DNA of 63,958 nucleotides, the filler included, from Bigelowiella natans CCMP2755 (taxonomy: Eukaryota > Protista > Cercozoa), in assembly GCA_000320545.1 (NCBI GenBank). It is 6 parts of 6 records of this genome, joined end to end, with 100 filler letters (N's around TTAATTAATTAA, not from the genome) between each part and the next. Parts side by side here need not be neighbours in the genome. Positions count along the whole stretch, not along the records: positions 24,933 to 30,500 come from ADNK01002235.1; positions 30,601 to 59,592 come from ADNK01000125.1; 4 more parts are not named here. One strand, given 5' to 3'. A model generated the notes under the pieces. The model had not been told where the DNA came from. It searched no databases and saw nothing but the letters and a program-made list of their open reading frames with translations. Position numbers and translations under genes: made by a program. Below are positions 28,030 to 37,516 of the stretch, one piece after another; the first letter of the stretch is position 1; every line of letters starts with the position of its first letter.

Positions 28030-28258
28030 CTTGGCTGCTGGAGAGTCCAGGAGGCAGAGAACCTACTAAAGAGCCCCCTCCCGCTGGTCTTCTCAGCAGA
28101 GATACTGACAATAGATGTGCATCCTGCCGACTGAAACCTCGCTCTATCTGGTAGCTGTAAAATGCAAGTGAAACTGCTAATGCAGCAAAAATGAGCGGCA
28201 AGGATAGTAGAGTCGCCTTCTCAAGGTGTAGGTTGGAACGTCGTTGTCGGCGTAGCAT
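28030..28258 (-). CDS. Probable first exon encoding a signal peptide and transit-like sequence (possibly the PP2C N-terminus)
   Basis: MLRRQRRSNLHLEKATLLSLPLIFAALAVSLAFYS... then a Ser/Arg-rich stretch, ending at a GTATGT donor. The link to downstream exons was not resolved. Confidence 0.45.
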
Positions 28259-28847
28259 TTCTGTATCTGCAGCCAGGTGCCCCCCTCCGTCGTTGAATGG
28301 GGCCGAACCGCGACAAGCAGATTAATCCTAACTTCCTCGAGAAATTTGAAGCGACTAGCAACTTCTGCACCTCCTTCCAAGAGTCACGTGGCCACACGTG
28401 CTCTTTAGGGTATTCCTACCACCGACGTCGTGCGTGCAGTGAAGGATGCGGATGGGATAACGAAATCGATAGCACGTGCAATACAGCCTAAGTAGTCTCC
28501 CTCGATTTGGACGTCCACAATGCGACACTATCTCTTCTTTATCTGCGACTTCTTACCCTCATGGTGGGGGGCGGGAGGGTTAGTGCAGAATCAACCAGTC
28601 GCCAGTTGTCGCAGCCTTTTCTCCTAAAAAAGAAACGGATTTATCTTCTACGACAACGAATAAGGGCCGATTTTCGCAGCAATTATATGCCGTTTGGCGC
28701 CAACTTCGATACGGATTGAGTTGTGTTTGCCCTTCGTGACGAGGCTGGAGCTTGTCGCATGATGGGAAAACTGATCGTTATGAATGTTTCCGATATATTA
28801 TATTTTATGAGTAGTCTAGCCTCACTTAAGTGGACATAACAAACCAA

Positions 28848-28919
28848 GGGTCCTTGGTCTAGTGGTATGATTCTCCCTTTGGGTGGGAGAGGTCGCGGAT
28901 TCGATTCCCGCAGGACCCC
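28848..28919 (+). tRNA. trnP-UGG: tRNA-Pro(TGG), copy 1
   Basis: Acceptor stem GGGTCCT/AGGACCC; anticodon arm CTCCC-TTTGGGT-GGGAG; T-loop TTCGATT; followed by an oligo-T Pol III terminator. Confidence 0.93.
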
Positions 28920-28999
28920 TTTTTTCCCACATTTAGACAGAAATTGTAATCTTATTTTAGCGGCTACTCTTGGCCATCGTTTGATATCAACGATAGCTT

Positions 29000-29071
29000 G
29001 GGTCCTTGGTCTAGTGGTATGATTCTCCCTTTGGGTGGGAGAGGTCGCGGATTCGATTCCCGCAGGACCCC
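29000..29071 (+). tRNA. trnP-UGG: tRNA-Pro(TGG), copy 2 (identical to copy 1)
   Basis: 72-nt exact duplicate starting 152 bp downstream, followed by T-tracts. Confidence 0.93.
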
Positions 29072-29260
29072 GTTTTTCTTTTTTTTGTCGCGATTTCAGC
29101 CATGTTTTTCTACATGCGACACATGGTTTATGTTTGTCGCAATTTTTAAACATCGATTCAGGGTTCTGTGGCATTAACTGGGGTCAATCGATTCCACCAT
29201 TCATCGGAGTGTGAATTTCATGTCGTAGCACATAAACAGCATGTTTTGTTATCATTTTAG

Positions 29261-30406
29261 GAAACCGAAACGTCCCTTCGATTCTGAATTTCGGGTTGAT
29301 TGAGTTTCTTTGCTTGCCAAGGTGGAACAACATTGGGGGCGGGGGTGGGATTTAAGGACTGCCGTACAGAGTTTCCTTTGATACTATAATGCAGACTAAG
29401 GGACACGTCCTACGGTTCCTTTTAAAGCAACCTTGATGTTGTCGTTCTAACCCACCTCTGTTTGTGCTGATATGCAGCTTTATTTCGGGGAGATTAACAT
29501 CAGGATTCCTCTTGTCGAAGTTAAATGTATCGACTTCGAGAAAGAAAGTATCGGATCTTGTAGATGCCACCAGATGTAAAAACTCAGAAGTATCACCGCG
29601 ATTTTTGTACCTAATTCCAGGAAATCAGGGCTATATGCTTTCCACACAGCAAAGGGCCTCGACGCTATAGAAGTAACGATTTCTCTTTTTGCACTCACAA
29701 CACCCAAATCATATACGCACGTACCGTGTTAAGTTGCGAGCTTGATATTCATATCTGATGCATCGTGTGGTGTTATTTCTCTCTTTCATCAGTCCATTAA
29801 CTGGGCCGAATTCGATAAGAAACTACCTTCAGATCGGGTCTTCTTACTTATCGCCTAGCGCTTAGCAGGTAAGTTAACTAGCAACATGCAATACTTCATT
29901 TTCAGGGCGGGCAATCAAGGAAACAACGTGTCGAGATCTTCAAGGCAAGTGAACCACAGCAATAATAAGACGAATGGTGTACCACTGTTACATTAATAAG
30001 TCTGATGGGGATAATCTATTGATCGGCATATCGCAATAGAACGAACTAACTACGCGTTGTTTTCGAATACAACCCTAGCGGGGGGTCCTCGGGATCTGTC
30101 GATAATTTTCTCATTTTTAAAACAACACACGTGAAAAAAACGGGGAAAACGCGAAAATAACATCTTGTGGAGCACCCGGTCCAAGAACGTGTTCTCGTGC
30201 TTCTTATCAAACATTTCGATTTACTTTTCTTTTTTTTGAACAACGTCACGCCAATCAGGTTTTACTTAATAGCTTCTTCTTTTTACCCAATGTGATTGCG
30301 TATCTTCTGCTACTCCTCCTCTTCTGACATGATTCCATGGCTACTATAAAATGTGATCTTCACCATTCACACAGTCGTGGAACAAGTCTCGGAATGGATA
30401 TTTGAG
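29261..30406 (+). CDS. Possible gene of very short exons running into the gap (unidentified)
   Basis: Series of AG|...|GT/GC-flanked blocks (e.g. cag|ATCGGG...GCAG|gtaagt near 29833-29868 and cag|GGCGGG...CAAG|gcaagt near 29905-29944); no product recognised. Confidence 0.3.
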
Positions 30407-30420
30407 GTATATCATCATAT

Positions 30421-30497
<77 letters not shown>

Positions 30498-30600
30498 GTA
30501 NNNNNNNNNNNNNNNNNNNNNNNNNNNNNNNNNNNNNNNNNNNNTTAATTAATTAANNNNNNNNNNNNNNNNNNNNNNNNNNNNNNNNNNNNNNNNNNNN

Positions 30601-33600
30601 AGCACAGTAAGAAGGTTAGGACTATTGGATCAAGTGACTAAGAAAGAACGTAAATATGCTCAAGCAGACGGAAGCTCTTCCATGAAGACCGTCGGTGAGC
30701 TAATGCTAAAGCTACAGATACCTGGCAGCGACGCGGAGACCCAAATCAAGACCCGAGTAGCCATGACTTTATCCATGGAACTACTCCTCGGACAGGATGC
30801 CCTAGAAAAATTAGGGGGGATCATATCATTCTACAATCACAAGATATACTTTGCTAAGTTGCCAAAGAAGTCAGGCAGGACCATCAGCCAGAACATGATA
30901 CGGCTTGACGAGTGGACCTCTGAGTCAAGCGTTAATGCGTTAGAGTTTATGGACCTAGCGGACAACAAGCTACCTACACCTACCGAGCTACGGAAGAAGA
31001 ACCCCGGCAAGACCATCCGACAGATAACGGAGCTACTGGACAAGACCCCCCCAGCTGATGATTGGGATATCGACAAAGGCAAAAAGTACATTAATAAAAT
31101 ATTAAACGAGAAGTACTCTGACATCACCAAGCCGACGACGAAGCCCTCCAGCAAGCTTACCCCAGTAAAGATCGAGCTAAAGAAGGGATACGAAGAGTGC
31201 ATCATCAATGACCCAGAACATAGGCGACCGGAAGCGGACTGGGAAAAGATAGAGTGGCAGATCAATGAATGGGCAAAGGAAGGGAAGATAGAGCCAAGCA
31301 ACTCACCATGGAACGTGAGACATGTGCTAGCTAAGAAACCTACTTACCCTTTCTTCCGCCTGGCGCACAACTTCATCCGCCACAACCGAGTAATAAAGAG
31401 GATCCAGACACCTACACCAAGGATAGATGACGTTATTGAACACGTCATAGGATACAAATACTACTCTTCCCTAGATAAAAATGAATCATACATGCAGACA
31501 CCCATCCACAAAACCTCCCGCCCCATTACCGCGTTCTCCAGCAGGCACAGGAAGTGGCACTTCGTCGTATTCCCTTACGGCCTAAGCATATCAGGGGATG
31601 CGTTCAGTAGTCAGAACTACAGGGCATACACACATGATGGGATGGCGTCTGTGTTGTGGGTGTTTGTGTTTGTGTATGTGGATGATGACATAATATGTAC
31701 CAACACAGTCGTCGCTCAGATCTTCCTCCTGGAAAATATATTTATTAGGTTTGCACACTTCGGTTTTACTATTAGACTGCAGAAGTGTACATTCCTAGCT
31801 ACAAGAATCAAGTGGTGTGGATATTACCTGGAGCAAGGCCGCATCACCCCAAACCCCGAGAAAGTAGCAGCACTACAGCAAGCCCCTAAACCTAAGAATG
31901 CAAAGGAGTTAAAGTCATTCTTGCAGACTGCAGCTTGGATACTACGTAGGTTCTCCCCTACCTACGCTAGGACTGCAGCTGCTTTTACTACTGCTTACCG
32001 GAAGGAGAACTCTGTAGGCCTCAGCTTCGCTAAGGTGTGGGCCAAGGCTGGCCTTGATGCCCACTTCGATAACCTAATAAAGTTATGCAGCAACACCCTA
32101 TTGAATGCTAAGCTAGACACTACTAGACCAGCTACCCTATGGACAGACTGGTCTAAGCTAGGTATGGCTGCTGTACTTACCCAAGACCAGCAGATCATAC
32201 GGGTGTGGGGCAGGGCCTGCACAGCAGCTGAGGCCAAGTACAGCCCTACAAAAGGAGAGTATAAAGCCATGACTGAGGCGCAGAGGAAACTAAGATACTA
32301 CCTGCTGTCGGTGCCCAGCTTCACCTTAATGACTGACCACAAGCCCCTCCTAGGCATCGACCGCAAGCTCGAAGCGCCTAACGATGAGTATGCAGCTATG
32401 AGGGCGGACACGGAAGAGTTTAGGGACAAGAGGACAGTGGTCTACGCACCAGGAGACAAGCAGCTTGCTGACTATTTCAGCAGGCTGTTCGAAAAGAAAG
32501 TCCCTACCCAGGTCACCCCTATGGTTAACGCGATTACCTTCGAGGACGGCGACTTCCTGCCTGAGCCAGAGGAGCTCCAGCACCTTCAAGAACACCTGGA
32601 TAAATACAAACACAAGCATGAGGTACTTAGTGATAGGATATATGTATACACTAATAATGTTAGGCGTACCTACGTGCCACGGCGGACCAGGGGAGCCCTT
32701 CTCTTTACCGCCCATGGACCTGCACACGTAGGAGAAAACCATATCACTGCTCTACTCTACCATTACTACTGGCCCTACAAGCTAAAAGAGATAAGGACAT
32801 ACCTGCGTGGCTGCAGGTGCTCCAGCTTGAAGGCGGCAGGCGTCGCCACCAAGGAGTCCAGCAAGAGCCGTGCATCTAAGAAAATCAAAGCAAGGAACTT
32901 CTTAGATATCGTGCAAATTGATGTTTATAAGTACGATGGCTATCACTACCTTACCTTCGTTGATGTGGCCACTGGAAAGTGCTGGGTTAAAAAGATTATC
33001 AAGGTCAACGTTGCTAAGAAGAACAAAGGCTTATATAAGCAGAGGCTTACTAACTGCTACCGTACCTGGGAGTCTGAGCTCCAGGCTATCCCTGATGAAG
33101 TTAGCATAAACAAGATACCAAAGAAGTTACATGTGGATAATGAGACCTCTCTTCTACAGCTACCACACCCTAATATTGATGCCTCACCTGTATACTATGC
33201 CCAGTCCAACTCCAAGGTAGAGCGACTCCACCGCACCTTGGCCAACCTAAGCAGGATAAATAGCACCACACCAGACAAGATACAAGGGTTAGTAAACGAC
33301 ACCTTCACGTCTGGGGGAGGTATCAAGGATAAGGAGAGGGAAGAAGGCGACGACAACGACGACGATACCGAGAGCGAAGACGAGAAGGTCCCGTACGATG
33401 GCCGAGTTCTAAAGGAAGGACAGTATGTTAGGGCCAAGGTAAATCTGAGATCGAGAAATAAACAAGACCCCTTCTGGGGTGGCGTTGCAAAGGTTACCGA
33501 GAGGAAGGGGAGGAAGCAGTACTACATCTATGATGGGAACAGGGTCACCTTGCGCCACATCAGTCACCTAAAGAATTATGATATCGGTGAGAAGCTCCTA

Positions 33601-33984
33601 GAGGATGTTAAAGTAAACCCTACTGTGTGGGAGCGAGCAATGCCTTGTTTAGGACCCCGACCTAAGTTCGATGTGGAATATGGAAACAATAAGGTCAGGG
33701 TGAACGACGATTGGCGCATGAAGATTGTCTATCTAGGCTACCCTGGATTACGAAATATGGAGAGGGTAGCTATGAAAATAAAGGACGGAAAATATCAGCT
33801 ACTCTACCTAGCTGTTCCCGACTTACCCTTTGAGCACTGGTATAAGGTCCTGGGGGACCTTGATGCAGAGGGCTGGTATGGACACGAACCTAAGGACGAA
33901 GGTGAGTTCTGGGTAAGCGACAAAGGAGATAAGGTTAGAGAGGAATCTATTACCTGGTGGTTGGTGAAGTTCCGAAAGCGATGA
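30601..33984 (+). CDS. pol: Pol polyprotein: protease C-terminus, RT, RNase H, integrase, GPY/F-type module, extra C-terminal Dam-MTase-like domain
   Basis: Frame is open from the gap edge. Protease LLLGQDAL; RT IEPSNSPWN, FPYGLS, YVDD (31675); RNase H TDWSKLG...TDHKPL; integrase H-x3-H...CxC, IVQID, HVDNE, SNSKVERLHRTL; KQDPFWGG...HISHLKNY. Confidence 0.93.
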   Translation, partial: STVRRLGLLDQVTKKERKYAQADGSSSMKTVGELMLKLQIPGSDAETQIKTRVAMTLSMELLLGQDALEKLGGIISFYNHKIYFAKLPKKSGRTISQNMIRLDEWTSESSVNALEFMDLADNKLPTPTELRKKNPGKTIRQITELLDKTPPADDWDIDKGKKYINKILNEKYSDITKPTTKPSSKLTPVKIELKKGYEECIINDPEHRRPEADWEKIEWQINEWAKEGKIEPSNSPWNVRHVLAKKPTYPFFRLAHNFIRHNRVIKRIQTPTPRIDDVIEHVIGYKYYSSLDKNESYMQTPIHKTSRPITAFSSRHRKWHFVVFPYGLSISGDAFSSQNYRAYTHDGMASVLWVFVFVYVDDDIICTNTVVAQIFLLENIFIRFAHFGFTIRLQKCTFLATRIKWCGYYLEQGRITPNPEKVAALQQAPKPKNAKELKSFLQTAAWILRRFSPTYARTAAAFTTAYRKENSVGLSFAKVWAKAGLDAHFDNLIKLCSNTLLNAKLDTTRPATLWTDWSKLGMAAVLTQDQQIIRVWGRACTAAEAKYSPTKGEYKAMTEAQRKLRYYLLSVPSFTLMTDHKPLLGIDRKLEAPNDEYAAMRADTEEFRDKRTVVYAPGDKQLADYFSRLFEKKVPTQVTPMVNAITFEDGDFLPEPEELQHLQEHLDKYKHKHEVLSDRIYVYTNNVRRTYVPRRTRGALLFTAHGPAHVGENHITALLYHYYWPYKLKEIRTYLRGCRCSSLKAAGVATKESSKSRASKKIKARNFLDIVQIDVYKYDGYHYLTFVDVATGKCWVKKIIKVNVAKKNKGLYKQRLTNCYRTWESELQAIPDEVSINKIPKKLHVDNETSLLQLPHPNIDASPVYYAQSNSKVERLHRTLANLSRINSTTPDKIQGLVNDTFTSGGGIKDKEREEGDDNDDDTESEDEKVPYDGRVLKEGQYVRAKVNLRSRNKQDPFWGGVAKVTERKGRKQYYIYDGNRVTLRHISHLKNYDIGEKLLEDVKVNPTVWERAMPCLGPRPKFDVEYGNNKVRVNDDWRMKIVYLGYPGLRNMERVAMKIKDGKYQLLYLAVPDLPFEHWYKVLGDLDAEGWYGHEPKDEGEFWVSDKGDKVREESITWWLVKFRKR

Positions 33985-34026
33985 AGGTCTAAGGGAATAA
34001 GGAAGGAAGGAAGGAGCAACGTGACT

Positions 34027-34035
34027 TGGGGGAGG
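34027..34035 (+). other. 3' polypurine tract of the retrotransposon
   Basis: (T)GGGGGAGG immediately precedes the TG start of the LTR; a further purine run lies at 33991-34016. Confidence 0.75.
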
Positions 34036-34493
34036 TGTAGCGCGTACCACTACGCGGGCACAAGTCACGTGCGACAACAAAGGGGTTGTCGCGGATATAG
34101 AATATAGATAACGTAGATATTAATACAGCATAGGCACGTGGGTTCCGGCGGGACTCATGGCAGCACACCGGAAGTGTGCTGCCCCACGTGCGGCGGCATT
34201 CGCGAAAGCTTCGCGAATGATTACGCAGTGCACGATTTAATAAAAATATAATCTTTAATAAAAATAAACACAACTCTTCAAAAGGAAGCAAACGTGCCTT
34301 TCCCCCCCCCTGCCTACTTGTGCACGTAGCGCCTCGGCCTGTGAACACCTTACGCGCAACAAAATGAACGACGACGGGTTACGACAAGAAGCTAGATCAC
34401 TGTCTAGCCGTGCAACGAAAATAAGCCCAAGCGATCCACGCATGCGCGCCACGGTGGTTAACCGCCGGGAGGGCTGCACCCCGCCGCCATACA
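34036..34493 (+). repeat. Putative 3' LTR (about 458 bp)
   Basis: Starts TGTAGCG right after the PPT; candidate end ...GCCATACA; AATAAA cluster at about 34239-34268. The right boundary is inferred because the 5' LTR is not visible. Confidence 0.65.
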
Positions 34494-34617
34494 GAAGACA
34501 ATTGTGGCACGAACAGGCTCTTATTCTAACAATCGACTGAACAATGATGCATGATGAACTTTGCGCGTCGCATCATGGTGGCGATCGACGACAAGCATAC
34601 AGATTGATCATCATTGA

Positions 34618-35900
34618 TCAAGCTAAGTAGGCAGCCACATTGCCGCGAATTTTGGCGTGTGCCCACGATACTGGTTCAGGATCCTGCCCAAATACGTTGG
34701 TAGCGTACATATCTCTGCAGTGAGCGGTACCGTCGATGAAGACAATCGATTCGCTCGGGGTGACATGCTGGGGGAAACGAGACGAGGAATCGCCAGCGTT
34801 GAAGAAGGGATCGGAGGCGTTCACAATTCCAAGGGAATGCCAAGGGTCCATGTTCCCTGTCGAGATGAAGAGAAGCAGAGGGGAGGACGGGTGAGGGAAA
34901 AGAGAGCGGTAACAGAAGATTAACGTCGAAAAAAGAAGTACGACATCAATGGGTTGATGAATCGTCGCCCAGTTTAACAGAATCACCCCAACAAATCCAA
35001 AAAAACAAAACAAAAATCCCGACCTCTGCACAAATATTTGCGACAGTATGTAGTGATGACGACTTACTACAACCACAAGACACCTAACTTTCCACCCACT
35101 CTGACCGACCGTTGACAGCAGTGATGTTGTGAGCAGCAAGATTCCTTGCACCGTACGCAGTGTTTGCTACTAGCCCCTCTGCATTAGCAGCTGGTCCGGC
35201 ATAATCAACGCTAGCACTCAGATTATACGCCGCCTTGCAGATTGCAGCGCCTATTCATACATAGCAGCTCTTGTTAGTTTAAAAGCGATGGTTGTCATAG
35301 GGCTCCAGAGACTTATTGTCGTCGTCATCATCATCATCAACCACCATCATCATAATCCTCTTCTTCTTCTTCATCATCATCATCATCCTCCATACCCGCA
35401 CCATCGCTAATGTTACCACTGCGCACATATCACCTGCATTTTCCGCAGTCACAGTGTCGAACGCTGCGAAAGGGTTCATTTTGTCCCTAATGCGAGAAGA
35501 GAGTTCATGTTGTTGTTTTGTTTATGAGATTGCAGCGTCCCCCTCTCCCCCCTACTACTATTATCTCTACCCAGTTGTTGTCTGGAAATATCCGAACTCG
35601 TGGCAGCTTTGGTAGATCCATTGGCGCATGGATGAGCAGCTCAGATCACAGCCTGCCTGAGAGAACTGTGCGTCCTGCAGAGGGGCGACAGACTTCTCAA
35701 AGGATGATGGCATGCATGTGACCCCCCCGTAAACAAGCTTCAACGTCTTCACTAGCCGCAAGAGTATATCATCATCATCGTTGCCGTCCGTCATGGCTGT
35801 GCATAGATCTGAGACATAGCTGAGTAGGTTTTTTTATGGAAAAAGGGTTAGTTTTTTCCCTCACCCTCTTCTCTCTCTCTCCCTCTCCCTCGTGCGCGCG

Positions 35901-35947
<47 letters not shown>

Positions 35948-37516
35948 AATTTACGGAGGACGGTTCTCGAGATTGTACTGCACGACTCCTTGGAACGCTC
36001 CGAAGATCTGAGCCTCATACGTGGCAAGGTCCAGGGGACCGCCGATGGGGGAACAAGGACGGAGATAACTCGGAATCTTGTCGCTGCTCCCGGCAGGAGT
36101 CGTTGAATCCAACAGCGTCTTCAATGTTGTGACCGCCTACACACGACGACGAGATAGGGTATCAATGAATCAATTATGATTATGGGTGTCTCTGCCCCTC
36201 CTCCTCCATTGCTTCTGTGATGATATTTCTACCTTTTCCACGGCAGAGTAGCATTGGTCAGACCCACCGATGAGGGGGTAGCTTAGCGCGCGTCCCACCA
36301 CCTCTCCGTACTCCGCAAAGTCGTACTCAGCGAAGACGGGAGCGGATGATGCCACCGACCCGATCACTACACTCGGATACTTCAGCTTGAACCAAGCAGC
36401 AAGGTTTCCTGATAGTAGTGGCCAAACGAGGAGAAAGAAGAAGAAGAAGAAGAAGAAGCGGGGGGAAGGCAGGAAAGAATTGTTGATGTCTTGAATGTCG
36501 TGGTACCACTTGAGTAGTGTGTGAGTTGGTATGTGGGCGTAGAATATACGTAGTTCTTTTTTACCAGGGTAAGATCCTCCAAACGCGACAAAGGGTGACT
36601 CCTGCGCAGAAGCTGGAAGAGAGAGCGGTGGCGACGACTTGGCGTCATTGACGTTTGGGTCGTATGCCTTTATGTATTCTACGAATCTTGCAAGATCCCC
36701 GAGCGCTTGATGACTGCATGACCAAACAGTGCGCAGTAGGAAAAATCAAATTATGAGGAAGACAAAAGGCTCTCCATGCTTCAAAGACTGTTGTAGGTGG
36801 TCCGAAAAAGAACACCATCAATATTCTTACACCAACACTACATAAGCGGCTTGGCGCATTGCACCACCGAGGAGAATCGGTCTGTTGCGGTCACATCAGC
36901 ACCTGGTGAGGAATTTCAGGTTCGCATCCGACATGTCCTCCACAGGACGTGACTCGCCATAGAAACGGTGCTCGAGGGCTAAAACAAGCGCCTTGTGTTC
37001 CACAGCAAGCTCATACATGAAGAGAGACGAACTCACAGGTCCTTGAGGACCCTCTCCGCCAATGTACAGAAACACAGGATACCCTTCCCCTCCCCACTGA
37101 GAGCTGTCGACGTAATAACGCTGAAGCCAGTGCTTTTCATCGCTCAGACCTGCAATGGGGAATCATCAAAAACATAAGTTAAGCCGATGATTCAATCCTA
37201 CCCACAGTGGCAGGTATTACCTCCAAAATGATCCAGGAGTGCGTTCTTGTAGAAATGCGTGGTAGAATTTGATCCTGCGTGACTTTCTAGTAGACTTTGG
37301 TTTCCTTGGAGAGTAAAGCTGACGTGCTGGTCATCCCCTCCAAAGCGCTCAGTAAGCAAACCGCCAAAGCGGAGAAGCCTAGCGTTTACCATAAAATATG
37401 AGCTAATGAAATGGCACTGCCTCTACCTCTCCATCCCCCCCTCCCCTCTCCTTCGCCGTACTAAGGTACCCCGCGTTAGCAACTTCGACAAGTAATAACG
37501 TCAAAAGAGCGAGCAT
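34618..37516 (-). CDS. Serine peptidase family S28 (PRCP/thymus-specific serine protease-like), multi-exon
   Basis: Signal MLALLTLLLVEVANA; LDHFGG; GGEGP; ALEHRFYGES; GSVASSAPV; RQWIYQSCHEFGYFQT; GNMDPWH; GTAHCRDMY. Confidence 0.92.

Larger units (their letters stand above)
30601..34493 (+). mobile_element. Ty3/gypsy-type LTR retrotransposon (5' LTR, PBS and gag hidden in the gap)
   Basis: Domain order PR-RT-RH-IN, then a PPT and an LTR-like segment bounded by TGTA...TACA. Confidence 0.92.

Noticed and set aside
28683-29174. 163-aa minus-strand ORF, and a 72-bp direct repeat resembling a mini CRISPR array
   Set aside because: The repeat is two tRNA-Pro genes and the ORF is their antisense read-through.
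28848-30601. Ty3-style targeting of the retrotransposon to the tRNA genes
   Set aside because: The element is downstream, at least 1.5 kb away and across a gap of unknown size; Ty3 inserts immediately upstream of Pol III genes.
30837-33437. Antisense ORFs within pol as possible accessory genes
   Set aside because: Short shadows of the long sense ORF with no recognisable motifs.
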